A stretch of 64,000 nt of DNA from Nitrosopumilaceae archaeon (GCA_965214835.1 CBDCCK010000002.1:480001-544000), one strand, 5' to 3'; shown: positions 22,043 through 33,379, counted from the first letter of the stretch. The notes: generated from the sequence alone by a model not told the origin. Program-made: numbers and translations.

Positions 22043-22215
22043 GAGCAGTGCACGACGAACAGTGCAAGGTCTCCCCTTCTCATGTTTTTCATGTGCTTGA
22101 GTGCGAGGTTGTTATGGACTCCGTCCCAGACGGTTTTCCCGTCGGTCCTGAGCTGCTCAAGACTGCATCCACGTGGCCCGCCCGGCTCCTGCTTTGCCAG
22201 CCAGTGGTTTACCAT
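22043..22215 (-). pseudogene. EVE-domain protein, 3' truncated
   Basis: HWLAKQEP...WDGVHNNLA..HMKNMRRGDLALF. The gene ends at a GTACGAGGTCA MITE-like terminus. Confidence 0.7.
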
Positions 22216-22279
22216 GAAACACTGCAGGGTTTTTGGCGTTTAACTGTCTTTCTAAAGGCATCTTGCATAACCGTGCCTG

Positions 22280-22387
22280 AACGCAGTTTGGGCTCTGAAA
22301 TCTCAGACGTGAGTCTTGCCACCTCGGAGGCCCCCTCCCGGGCAGATTCGTGCCTGAAACCAGGAACGGCTTGATTCGAGCTGTTAT
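22280..22387. mobile_element. Degenerate family D MITE
   Basis: Similar to 28970..29080 and ends in CGAGCTGTTA. Confidence 0.6.
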
Positions 22388-22388
22388 T

Positions 22389-24220
22389 TTTCAATCCTTT
22401 CGCCTCACCTCCTTGCAGACTGTGGTTCGACGAACCCCAGAAGCTGCACTCATCCATCGTAAGAGTTTACCCCTCATCCGTATAATTTAGATTGAGCACA
22501 AGGCCAATTTTTGATCACCATCTGGATCCATATGCATCCAGATCACACCTGTATTCATTGCCTGATTCAGAGACCAAGATACTACGCGACGAGTTGGCCC
22601 GCACCATAGCCGAATTGGGCAGGAAGGACAGGATCATCGCAGACAAGGATCAGACGATAGCCATGCTTGTCGAACAGATGGCCGAGTCCTCGGTGACAAT
22701 CGTGATGCAGGCATCACAGATCAGCTGGTACAGGCAAAAGGGATCAGAGGGGGTAGCAGCATCTGAGGCGCAGACTGCCGAACTGAAAGCAGAAAACCAG
22801 CAGCTCAGACAGCACATCAAATATTACGAAAACCCGCACACCCCATCCTCGCAGAACTCGATTCCGACCAGGCAGAAAAAGACTGCTGCTGCAAAGGCAT
22901 CAGGCAACGTACCGGCATCTGCAAAGGCAAAGCCGGGCCGCAGGCAGGGACACGAGGGGATATCACACAAGAGAATGCCGACCGAATTTGTAAAGCACTG
23001 CCCCAAAAAGTGCGGCAAGTGCGGCAGCACCAACATGAAGAAGCCGAAAAAGATCTTCTCCAAGCTTGTGACCGATACCCCCAAGAGGCCCGAGCCGGTC
23101 ACGACACAGCACACCGCATACAGGCGCAAATGCGCCGACTGCGGCAACATGTGTATCGAAGACGACAGGTCATGGAACGTGCCGGGAACCGAGTTTGGAC
23201 CAAACATCACGGGGATGATGGCCGCAATACGCGTGGCACCTGCCTCCATACAGGCCACGGCCACACTGTGCTCAGAAATCCTGGGCATGGATGTCTCAGA
23301 GGCAGGCGTGCTGCAGTGCCTGAGGGCCGGCGCCAATGCGATAAAGCCCGGCGTAGAGAGCATCAGGCAGGCCATCAGGGATTCTGATTATCTGCATATT
23401 GACGAGACTGCCATGCCATACAACGGCAGGACGGCCCGCATATGGGTGGTCGTGGGCAGGAACAGGGACGGCACCGTCACCGGCGTCCACACGCTGGCCG
23501 CACCCAGTAGGGGCAGGGCCGTAGTTGACATGAACTTTCCGTATTATGACAAACCGGTCACAGTCGACGGGTACGGCGTATACGCCGCATTCAAGACCAG
23601 GCAGTGGTGCCGGATCCGCATACTCCGGGAGGCCAGGGAGGCCTGCAAGGCTTCCAGGCAGGCCCACGCGCTGTATGATACACTCAAGAAAAAGTTCATC
23701 CATGCCAAGGGGCTGGGGCCGCCGGAGGAGGAGGGCGCCGCCCGGCACGACATGCTGGTGGCAGAAACGCGCGGGCTGGCCGAGGCATTCGGCAGGGAGG
23801 CCGGATGCGAGAGCTTTGCCACAAAGCTTGGGAACGCCTCTGAATTTCTCTACACGTTCATACTGCATCCGGGTATGGAGCCCACCAACAACCTAGCCGA
23901 GCGCATGCTGAGGCCGTCCGTAATTGCGCGCAAGGTATTCCAAGGACTCCGTACCATGGAAGGCATGGAGATGTTCACCGTATTGATGACGTGCGCGATG
24001 AACTGGCGCGCCCGGGGGTGCGGCGTGAGGGAAATGCTCGTCAAGACCCTGACTGGCAGCGTCGCCTGAGGGGTAAACTCGTACCATCCATCGGTGCGCA
24101 AGGCACATGAACACAGCAGCCCGGATATCCCCATTCGACAGATGGTGCGTAAGGCACTTGTCGCGTAAGGGGCTTGATCCATTATCATGGCTGTGGCTGG
24201 GTGCTTTTATCATGTGTTTA
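22389..24220 (-). ncRNA. Orphan IS110 non-coding end (bridge-RNA-like; 22389..22458 + 24093..24220), split by IS66
   Basis: Colinear with 34453..34649, including the SD, both hairpin loops and the subterminal IR. No transposase is attached. Confidence 0.75.
22459..24084 (+). mobile_element. IS66-family (single-ORF) element; transposase at 22492..24069
   Basis: TIR GTAAGAGTTTACCCCTCA and 8-bp duplication CATCCATC. Coiled coil, Zn finger, HIDET and PTNNLAER motifs. Confidence 0.92.
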
Positions 24221-24239
24221 ACCCCCCTCATACCACATA

Positions 24240-24332
24240 GTATGTGGTCACGTCCCCCCGTTGGTCAGGCGTGAAAATCATAATCATACATGCCAATTCG
24301 TGCCTGATTGGTGGGGGTAGGTGACCTCGTAC
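24240..24332. mobile_element. Family C MITE (93 bp)
   Basis: Inverted homologue of 17467..17559. Confidence 0.8.
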
Positions 24333-24505
24333 CCACAATAGGCTCGAATTCAAGCCAAATAGGCATGTTATGATTATAAATCTAGAAAAAGTATGTTATT
24401 CTAGAATTATACATCTTCTAAAAACTGTATAATCTACATAAAATGGTGTGTAATGATTATAAATGAAGAAAAAGCCTTAAATTCTAGATTTAGGTTCATT
24501 TTACA

Positions 24506-26422
24506 ATGGTTAGAAAGGTGGACATAACTCCAGACAAGTCACTCATTCAAAAATTAGGACTGGTAGGATACAGTACAGAACAGGCCGTTGCAGAATTATT
24601 GGACAATTCCATCGATGCTAGGATTGCAGACAAGGAGGAAGAAATTGTGGTCCAATTAAAACCGGGAGAAAAAAGGATCGAGGTCACGGATAATGGGCAT
24701 GGAATGGATGGAGGGGGTCTTGCCGATGCAATGACAATTGCGGGTGGGGCAAAAACGGCAGGGAAGTTAGGACAGTTTGGCATGGGAATGAAAAGTGCAT
24801 GCTCGGCATTGGCTAAAAATTTCATTATAGTAACATCAAGGGTTGGTTCAGATAAGGAATACCAAGTAGAATACGATGAGGACAAATGGCTGTCAGACAA
24901 GTCGCAAAACTGGCAAAATTTCCAAATGTACGAAAGGGAATTAAACAAAGGGCAAAACTGGCATGGCACGACAATCACACTAAGGAATCTAAAGGTTCCA
25001 ATATATCCAAATCAGGTATCAAAATTCAAAAACAGCTTCGGAATACGCTATGCCCCATACTTGCAATCTAATCAGGTATCAATACGAATCAACAGCGTAC
25101 CTTGCAAGCCAGAAAAACCAGACACTGCAGAAGGCAGCATGACCAGAGTTAGGATCAAGCTGTCAAACAACAATGAGGTTTGGGGCCATGTGGAGCTACT
25201 TAAAAAAAGATCCATAAAGGGACACTATGGAATTCATTTGATCAGGAACGGGAGATTAATCAAAGCACACGAGAAGTTTGGGTTTTCTGCACATCCGGAA
25301 AATGCAAGAATAATTGGAGAATTGAACTTGGATCACGTGCCGGTTAATTTTAACAAGAGTGAATTCATCGAAGAGAGTCCAGAGTACCAAGAAGTGCTAA
25401 AGGCGTTTAAGATGTCTGCGGAATTAAAAGATACTATGCGCCTGTCAAAATCAAAAAAAGTGATATTCGCATCGGTAAAATCGGTGTTTGATTATTTTGA
25501 TGAAAAATCACCACACCAGCATCTAGACAGCAGTGTACAGGCAAAAATTGCAGCAGACATTTTGAGCAAGACCCCCAGATTGGCCATGAAGGCAGGCGGC
25601 AAGCCAATAGAAATACGCCTGGATGCACTAGATGAGGCCCCTCTTTATACAATAGGCAAGAGCAGTTCAGGCATTACAATAACCATAAACAAAAACAACA
25701 ACGCGTTCAAGTTTGTAAAAAACCCATTGTTTTTAATTGGCATGATAGCGTCAGAGGTCAAAGTTCTCACGAGTCGGCCAGAACTAGAGGATGCAATACG
25801 GCAACGAAATCAGATCTTTGGCGAATTCATGCAAGAATGGTCTAAAAAACCAAGCAAAAGAGAGGAGTCCAGGGACAGGCAGGCAGAGCTACCCACCATT
25901 GCAAACTATAATCTGGTTGATGAGTTATTTGAAGCCCATGAGCATCTTAGGGAAAAGATCGGATTTAGGTTTCAGTTTACAGCACTATCAACACTGGCAC
26001 CGTATCTGCACAGTCTGCGTGACAAGATCATATATACGATACATACAGAGCCGGCGAAAGGAGAATACGTGGCAGATACATTAATTGAAAAATTTGGAGA
26101 AAAGTTCACCGTTGTAAACAAGCCGGATCTCAACACATTAAATGCACTGTTAAAAATCCCAGCAACAGGTACGATAATTGCAGTAAGGGAGTATTCGGTG
26201 ATCAGGGGATCAACAATCGCATTGCCGGAAAAGGCATATCTTGATTTGGTAAATGAGATGGTAACACATGACATTCCCCTAGACAAAATGGAGCTTCGAA
26301 GAATATTTGCAGCCATGCAAAGATACAACCTCATAGATTATGGGGAGTTAAGAACATATGCAAATTTTATCAAAAAGGCCGGTACGCTTGAAGTTATACT
26401 GGGTGGTAAGCTACAGTGGTAG
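24506..26422 (+). CDS. GHKL (MORC/MutL-like) ATPase with a putative AbiEi-like C-terminal domain
   Basis: ELLDNSIDA, DNGHGM, GQFGMGMK and HGT motifs. C-terminal ALPEKAYLDL. Confidence 0.8.
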   Translation: MVRKVDITPDKSLIQKLGLVGYSTEQAVAELLDNSIDARIADKEEEIVVQLKPGEKRIEVTDNGHGMDGGGLADAMTIAGGAKTAGKLGQFGMGMKSACSALAKNFIIVTSRVGSDKEYQVEYDEDKWLSDKSQNWQNFQMYERELNKGQNWHGTTITLRNLKVPIYPNQVSKFKNSFGIRYAPYLQSNQVSIRINSVPCKPEKPDTAEGSMTRVRIKLSNNNEVWGHVELLKKRSIKGHYGIHLIRNGRLIKAHEKFGFSAHPENARIIGELNLDHVPVNFNKSEFIEESPEYQEVLKAFKMSAELKDTMRLSKSKKVIFASVKSVFDYFDEKSPHQHLDSSVQAKIAADILSKTPRLAMKAGGKPIEIRLDALDEAPLYTIGKSSSGITITINKNNNAFKFVKNPLFLIGMIASEVKVLTSRPELEDAIRQRNQIFGEFMQEWSKKPSKREESRDRQAELPTIANYNLVDELFEAHEHLREKIGFRFQFTALSTLAPYLHSLRDKIIYTIHTEPAKGEYVADTLIEKFGEKFTVVNKPDLNTLNALLKIPATGTIIAVREYSVIRGSTIALPEKAYLDLVNEMVTHDIPLDKMELRRIFAAMQRYNLIDYGELRTYANFIKKAGTLEVILGGKLQW

Positions 26423-28937
26423 AATTTCACTTCAAGGATCAGCTAGAACGGGCCAACATAGAAAAAATCCAGAAGGAAAATAATTTTCAAAAACCGTATC
26501 CTGTTGAGCAATTCATCATGGACTTTGAGGCACTAGCGCACATCAAAGAAAAGATACCTGATTGTACAGTCAAAGGCGGAATGGCGGTGCCATTTCACGT
26601 CAAAGGCAAGGAACTGCGCAGACTAAGCGTGGATATAGACATGGTAACCAGTCACGCCAGAGAGCAAGTAGTAGCGGCCATGAAGGAGGTCAGAGATAAA
26701 CTCAGTGGCAAAATAACCATTCCGGAAAATCACATGCCGGAAAGAGAAAGAGCGGATAAACAATTACCACTGCTGACATACTATTGCAGCTATAAATCAA
26801 ACTTTCAAGAAAACGCGCAAATAAAAATAGAGATTTTTTATAACAATGCGCTTGAAATAAGGACAAAAGAGATTTCCAACTCGGAAGAAATCATAGGGTT
26901 TACAATAGACTTTCCAATCACAGTTTATGATCATGATCAGTAGTTGAAAATGTACCCCCTTTTTAAGTGTCTGAATGTTTTGAACAAGTTGACATGATTT
27001 TTTCACCAATCGAGCTATAAACAGCGGTGTTCCTGTCTACCTTGATAATGAACCAAACCCAACAGAAACACCACACAAGGTACGGTGAGGCCGGATTTAA
27101 ATTCTTGGTTACCGCAGTAGGCATGCTGAAAATCAAGTTCTCCTCAAGACACAACGCCATGTGGGGCCTGGAAGACGCCTCCCGCCTGATTGCATCCATG
27201 TCGGAGCGTTCCGCATGTGCGCACTATACCGCCCAAAAGCTTGCACTTCTTGCATCAGAAGGCGCCGGGGCCGCGGTGCCCAGCTCGGCCTGGCTTCTTG
27301 CAAAGCTGGGGCACGCAAGACTGTCCACGATGGAGAAAAGGTGCGATGCAATGCTGCATTACACGGCCGCCGAGGCGGTGGGCAGGCAGCTTTGCTCCCT
27401 CCAAAGGAGCCACAAGGCGCCTGTCCTTGCCATAGACGAGACCAAGCTGCCCAGATACGACAAGAAAACCGACATAAAGCACCTGGTAAAGTCAAAGCGC
27501 GACAGGGGCACCATCAACTATGAGCAGTACATGACATGCAAGCTGACATCCAAGGCCGGCGCCGACGTGCATACGGCCTGCCGCATGGTGACCGAGGGCG
27601 ACAAACAGGCCGATCTGGTGCGTAATATGCTCAAAAAATGCGCCGATCTGGGCATTACGCCCAGGCTCGGGTCAAGGCGCAGCATCATCCTGCTTGACAG
27701 GGGGTTCTTTTCGGTCGATGTAATGGATGCCATATCCGAACCCGGGTTTGCATTCATCATGCCCGCAGTCAAGACGCCGGGGATAAAGAGGGCCATAGTG
27801 CAGCGCGCCCGCGGCAAGAGAAAGGCAGTATCAAGGTATACCATGAGGTCGTCAGACGGCAAAGAGTTCACGTTCACGCTGGTCATCAAGAAGATCTCAA
27901 GGTCCAAGGCAAAGAACGTCTTTGACAGATACCACGTGTTTGCGACCACGGTGCGCTGCTGCAGCTATCGGCAGCTGTTCTGCCATGTGACAAGAGAGTA
28001 CCGGAACAGGTGGGGCATAGAGACCGGATACCGCTGTGCCAAGAGCGTCAGGCCGCGGACCACCAGCAGGAATCCTGTCCTGCGTGTGCTTTTGTTTTAC
28101 ATGTCGCTTGCAGTATGCAACATATGGCTGACAATGAGGGACTCGGGAGACCCAAAGACCCGCGTCATGGCGCTGCTGACTCTGATGTATGCCGTGGTTC
28201 TGTATTCGTGCTGCCTCCGTGCGCCGGATGCCGACAGGATCGGGGTGGGGCGACGGCGGCATGATCCCGGCTAGACGGATTTATGGTGTACATTTTCAAC
28301 TACTGATGATGCACTGATAGGAGACAAAATGACTACACTTGCCTTTGGTACCATAGGGATAGATCCACAAAGGGAGTCAGACGTTCCAAAACAAATCTAT
28401 GACATCAGCAATTTGGTTAACTCGACATCAGGGCAAATATCCATGTACGAAATTATCGGTGCGTTTGAAAAAATTGCAAGTGAGGAAATATCTTACTATA
28501 CAAGGGAAGCGCCATCGTTTGAACAGGTATTAGACGATCTTGTCACGTTTCCAGAAAGCCTGCTCGTCAAGGATAAAGGCAGGTTAAAGCTGAATTCATC
28601 GTATCAGGGAAGATTTTCTAAATTCATAACCGAATTGTTAGGAAATACAAAATACAGGGAATATACACATGTGTCAGATATTTTATTTTTGAAGATCATG
28701 AGCGTCCTGATACAAAAATATTTCAAAAAAGAGATGGACATAGAGAACATCAACGGTAAAATTAACGAAATAATAACTGAACGAAGCAGGATATCGAAAT
28801 TGGAAGGATCAGAAGAAACTAGGGAGCTGCATAAAATTGTTGGAAAATATGGGAAAAAATCCGAGCAGGGAAAAATTATTAAAAACATGCTTCCCGTTCA
28901 AGCATATCTATATGATCAAATATTGGAGCTTGGATAA
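26416..28937 (+). pseudogene. AbiEii/AbiGii-like nucleotidyltransferase, interrupted by an IS
   Basis: KGG...RRLSVDID motif. Removing the IS restores in-frame VYDHD-ALIGDKMTTL...KQIYD. Confidence 0.85.
26938..28305 (+). mobile_element. ISH3-family IS; transposase at about 27027..28274
   Basis: Perfect 18-bp TIR CAGTAGTTGAAAATGTAC and 5-bp duplication ATGAT. Motifs AIDET, LDRGF, YRNRWGIETGYR. Confidence 0.92.
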
Positions 28938-28969
28938 TCAAACAGTGTCTGAAATCTCAGGAATTTTTG

Positions 28970-29080
28970 GTAACAGCTCGGGCTCTGGAAGTTCAGGCAC
29001 GAATTTTGCCATCAAAGAAGGCCGATCAAACAGAATTTGTGCCTAAAATTGTAAATCACTTCCGAAGCCCGAGCTGTTAC
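28970..29080. mobile_element. Family D MITE (111 bp, IS66-type ends)
   Basis: TIR GTAACAGCTCGGGCT and 8-bp duplication AATTTTTG. Confidence 0.9.
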
Positions 29081-29094
29081 AATTTTTGACTCTA

Positions 29095-29225
29095 CTGGCG
29101 ACCATTGAAAATTTCGCCTCCCTTACACGTTGCGCTCAAGATACTTGTAGATGTCAACCTCGATGGAACACGTTCTAAAGCATTCCGAGACGGCCCTTTT
29201 GAGGTGATCTGGCGTGTCGTAAAAG
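29095..29225 (-). mobile_element. IS630 terminal fragment
   Basis: Homologous to 30804..30935. Confidence 0.8.
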
Positions 29226-29228
29226 GGG

Positions 29229-29358
29229 GGGGTTGTCGCCTAATTCCACTTGTTTGACCCAATCTGCACGTTTTTCTGAACTTCCGCCCTTTTGCACACC
29301 TGATCCATATGGCATCTCAACGGTTTTCAGGAATTCTGGCGAATTAGGCGATAACCCC
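29229..29358. mobile_element. Family A MITE (inverted)
   Basis: Reverse complement of 1399..1528. Confidence 0.88.
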
Positions 29359-30082
29359 CATATCATCATACACCTCCTTCATAAAAGACAAAGTTGGTAT
29401 TACGGATCAGAACTCACTGGCAACGCTAACAAAATCCCTTGCAGATACAGTATCCCCTCCCGGATTAGGCCAGGTAAACCGAGTCCATTTCCACATCAGG
29501 GCAGTTGCAAGAAAAATGCTCTCCCAAGTAAAACCCACGCTGACTACGACAGAGATTCAGGAGATCGTGGAGATATTAACAGAGCGAACATTTATTCACG
29601 GACATTCCATCGGGAGGCACGAAGCAAAACAGATAGGATTGCTAGTCGACGATATGGATGAAGTGGTGGAAAAATTATGCTGGAATCTGTTCCTGCAATA
29701 CGAGAAGGATTTGAAGCTTAACTCGTTTACAGATCCTCTGGATTATTTTGACCGTGACGATCAGGATGAATATGTGGAGGATGGTGCAATCCTTGCATGT
29801 ATAGAATCGGCAAACAAATGCCACGAATACTCTGGATCCCTACAGCTGAAGAAAGTCAGGCAGCCTCCGCCACAGCTTAATCTCAACGTCAATGTTCCGA
29901 TCCAACTCCCTGCAAACATTCTGAGCCAAAATATCCCGGAAGAAACTCGACGTATGCTGCAAGAGATGCAACAGAACGTAGCTAGCCAAGTAGGCTACAT
30001 GATTACAGATCAGCTAAGAAAAAGCATGCCGGTAGTTGGAGTAAACATCAGCAACATGAAAATGATGTGGAGAGAGGTTTGA
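29359..30082 (+). pseudogene. 5'-truncated SDH/ClpP-fold serine protease-like gene
   Basis: The frame is open back to the MITE. HGHSIGRHEAKQIGL motif. Confidence 0.6.
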
Positions 30083-30307
30083 CAACTCTCGTGTTTGGGC
30101 AAAGGAATACATCTTCTACTAATACATGTTGATCTCTGAAAGCCAAATTCATAATAGGACTCTTTTTCTGCTTCAACATCGGCGATCCTCTCGGTATGTG
30201 TATAGTTCTCAAGATCGAATATCGGAGTGGTTATGGTGATCTTGGTGTTTTTGCCATTCATCCTGTTTACTCTACGTTGTCTCCCCTTTTATAATAGCTA
30301 CCTATGT

Positions 30308-30428
30308 CAGTCTTCCCAGAAGTAACCGACTCGTGGCGGTGCAGGAGGCGACATGCGGATCTGCAGGCAGCCTCATTTGAATTGTTTCGAACCTAGGATA
30401 ATTTGATGCGGTACTTCTGGGAAGACTG
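30308..30428. mobile_element. Family B MITE
   Basis: Perfect TIRs. Inverted homologue of 16349. Confidence 0.9.
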
Positions 30429-30649
30429 TGGCGCGACATACCCTTATATGCGGCACCACGGCGGCGCCGCATACACCGATAACGACAGGAAGCTACCGGG
30501 GTGCTTTCAAAACCCCTTTCCTAATTTTTTTATTTTTGATATCTTCAATATGGCAAGCGGTAAGAAGTCATTACTAGATTTTATGCGTAAACGAAAGTAG
30601 CAATCTTGCCCCTGTCCCCCACAGACAAAGAGAGGGCAGAGGTCACCTC

Positions 30650-30778
30650 GAGGTTGTTTCCTAATTCGTCAGAATTCCTGAAAACCGTTGAGATACCACA
30701 TGGATCAGGCGTGCAAAAGGGCGAAAATTCAGAAAAACATACAGATTGAACAGGCAAGTGGAATTAGGAAACAACCCC
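30650..30778. mobile_element. Family A MITE
   Basis: TIRs plus 9-bp duplication GGTCACCTC. Confidence 0.9.
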
Positions 30779-30803
30779 GGTCACCTCATCTTAAGCAACT
30801 ATA

Positions 30804-31893
30804 CTGATGACCATTGAAAATTTCGCCTCCCTTACAAGCTGCGCTCAAGATACTTGTAGATGTCAACCCTGATGGAACACGTCCTAAAGTATTCCGAGAC
30901 GGCCTTTTTGAGGTGATCCACCGTGTCGTAAAAGGCAGACGTGACCAGCCTGTACTTGGCATCCTTCCAGACTGCCTCTATGGCGCTCAGCTCCGGCCTA
31001 GCTACCGGCAGGTACAGCAAGACAACGTCGGGATTTTTCTTTAGGTATCTGCGGACCTTCTTGGTCTTGTGCTGTGCTGCGTTGTCCATCACCATCAGGA
31101 CCTTTCCCCACTTTTTGTGCGCCTGTTTAAGATAATGCACAAAGTTTGCGCTGTTGAACCTGTCGTACGTGCGCATCAGCCTGGTTCCGTCGTCTGCAAT
31201 CGTCCCGTATACCACGACGCGCTCCCTTCTGCCGGATCGTTCCACCTCGATCCTGTCCCCCACGGGCGACCAGAACTTTTTGCCGTCCCTTCCCGTACTG
31301 ACGAATATCGATTCGTCCTGTACGGTTATCCTAAATCCGCGCCTTTTTGCAAGCTTTATCGCAGTTTTTGCCTCTCTTTGCCACCGTCTTACAGCTTTTG
31401 CGTCGGCAGCATCTGCCAGCTTGGTAGTTGATGTCTTTAGCGAAAACCCCATCGCGCGCAGGATCCTCCTGATGCTTCCCACGCTGTATGTGACATGCAG
31501 CCTGTGGCGCACCCAGTTGCACAGCTTCTTCGGGGTGAGCTTTTCCATCCTGCGCAGCCTCGTGGCGATCTTTTTTATCCTGCCGACCGGAACCTTTGGT
31601 TTTTTGCCCCTGTTGGGGGAGTCACGGAGGCCCTCGATGCCGTCAAGCTCGAACCTTTCAACCCACATCTGTACGGTGCGCTGTGTCACGTCGGCAATCT
31701 CCGCAGTATGTGCGGTGGTGTTGCCAAGCAGTACGGAGCGCACCGCCATGATTCTGGTGTGAGTCTTGAGATCCTTTTCGACATGCATGGCATCCGTGAG
31801 GATTTTCGTCTTGTTCATGCCGGGAGTGACATGGTGGGGAGCTATAAACCTTTACAAGATGTGTGATCAGGCGAAATTTTCAATGACCATCAG
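30804..31893 (-). mobile_element. IS630-family element; transposase at 30832..31818
   Basis: TIR CTGATG.CATTGAAAATTTCGCCT with TA flanks. HTH plus QDES, MDNA..H and PELSAIE motifs. Confidence 0.92.
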
Positions 31894-32100
31894 TATAGGC
31901 ACGAATTTGCAGTAATTTGCATACTGCCGATCACAAGTTCGTGAATAAAATCGATCCCCTTCGGATGAACCTTCTGACATCAAGCTGAGTGCTGGACGTT
32001 CTCAGATATTCTGACAGCGCGCGCCTCATCGCCTCAAGCGCGGAATAGTACTCGGAGACCAAGCATGTCCCTCTTTGACTGGTGCCCGTATTCCTCAATC

Positions 32101-32213
32101 ATAACAGCTCGTGATTCTGAAGCTCAGGCGTGGTTTTGATTCCAAAATACAGGATGTCTTGGATGTAAATCATGCCTAGAATCACAAATCACTTCACAAA
32201 CACGAACTGTCAC
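32101..32213. mobile_element. Degenerate family D MITE
   Basis: TAACAGCTCG...CGAACTGTCAC, similar to 28970. Confidence 0.6.
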
Positions 32214-32289
32214 AAAGATACATGATTCATTAGTGTTTGATGGGTTATGACAGATATCTAAATCTGCTAGAAATCAGTTTCACATCATT

Positions 32290-32916
32290 TTATTTCTTTA
32301 AATCCCAAACACTTTTCTTTTCTAGTAATTCTTGAATAAACTCCACGATTTCTTTTACCTCTTTTGCATATTCGGGATAAATATCAAATGCCAACCATTC
32401 AGAAATTATGGAATAAACATATTTAGTCATTCGACCATATTGTGCTAGATACAATAGTCCAGCTACTGGAAGTTTAACATACCATAATTCTTTAAAATTT
32501 AACATTCTGCTATTTGATTTGGATGAATGTCTTCTAAGCCATTTTGAGATTTCGTTAATTAATTCCTTATTTGATTCGGAATCGTTATCTTGGTTCTTTG
32601 CAATTAAAACAGTAAATCTAACAGAATCCAAAGGAATTATTGTAGAAAATCCATTAATTTCCAAGTAACATATAGCTGCAAGTAAGCCGGTTCTTTTATT
32701 TCCATCATAGAACGGATGCATTCTAATAATTCCTTCCATTAGACTAGCTGCTTGCTTGAAGATATTGTCATATGGCATCAACGAACCGATTTGTTGAGTT
32801 GGTCTATCTGCAATAGATGAAAGTAACCCTTTATCTTTCACACCTCGAAATACATTAAAATGCTCCTCAACAATAGTGTGAAGTTGTAACAAATCTTCTT
32901 GGGATAACTGTTTCAT
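32290..32916 (-). CDS. Fic/Doc-family toxin
   Basis: HPFYDGNKRTG motif. Confidence 0.9.
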   Translation of the reverse strand: MKQLSQEDLLQLHTIVEEHFNVFRGVKDKGLLSSIADRPTQQIGSLMPYDNIFKQAASLMEGIIRMHPFYDGNKRTGLLAAICYLEINGFSTIIPLDSVRFTVLIAKNQDNDSESNKELINEISKWLRRHSSKSNSRMLNFKELWYVKLPVAGLLYLAQYGRMTKYVYSIISEWLAFDIYPEYAKEVKEIVEFIQELLEKKSVWDLKK

Positions 32917-33017
32917 TAAATTTCAGCCAGTCTTTCAAATACTGCCTTGTTCTTGTCTATGGTTCTAATGGCGATTTCTCTTAATTTTTCTTGATGAATC
33001 TTCTCACCTTTTACCAT
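32916..33017 (-). CDS. Putative 33-aa Phd-like antitoxin peptide (not in the ORF track)
   Basis: MVKGEKIHQEKLREIAIRTIDKNKAVFERLAEI*, coupled to doc by a TAATG overlap. Confidence 0.6.
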   Translation of the reverse strand: MVKGEKIHQEKLREIAIRTIDKNKAVFERLAEI

Positions 33018-33105
33018 ACTTACCACACATAAAATTAGTATTTAATTGTAACAGATCGGGTTTATGAATGTGTTATATGGAAATAATGTCCACTATTCAT
33101 TGATG

Positions 33106-33198
33106 GTGCGAGTTTACCCCTCAGGCGACAAGGCTGGCCGGAACCTTCATGATCGTGCCTATTACGCCGTATTCCTCGAGATGGGGTAAACTTATGCA
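33106..33198. mobile_element. IS66-derived miniature remnant
   Basis: GTGCGAGTTTACCCCTCAGGCGAC matches the IS66 right end. Degenerate second TIR GGGGTAAACT. Confidence 0.55.
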
Positions 33199-33379
33199 GC
33201 TGTGATATGGGAGACACTTAAAAATGGGGTGCATTTTCATCCATGATAAAAACCCCGGCCGGTAACACGGCGACGTTCCTTGCTTCTTCTGATCCGTGCC
33301 TAGTAGGTCGGGCCGTGCTTTATAACTAACGCTAGCAACACGCACGGATCATTGGGCAGGTGGCGGGGCAGAGGCGATC

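Noticed and set aside
24159-24166. Orphan guide reverse complement ACGCGACA resembles the att core GCGCGACA
   Set aside because: The partner guide TTCGACAGA does not match the adjoining att bases, so this is likely coincidence.
33091-33105. Alternative IS110 left junction at CACTATTCATTGATG
   Set aside because: It matches the guides only partly. The 33236 junction matches both guides fully and has the subterminal IR.
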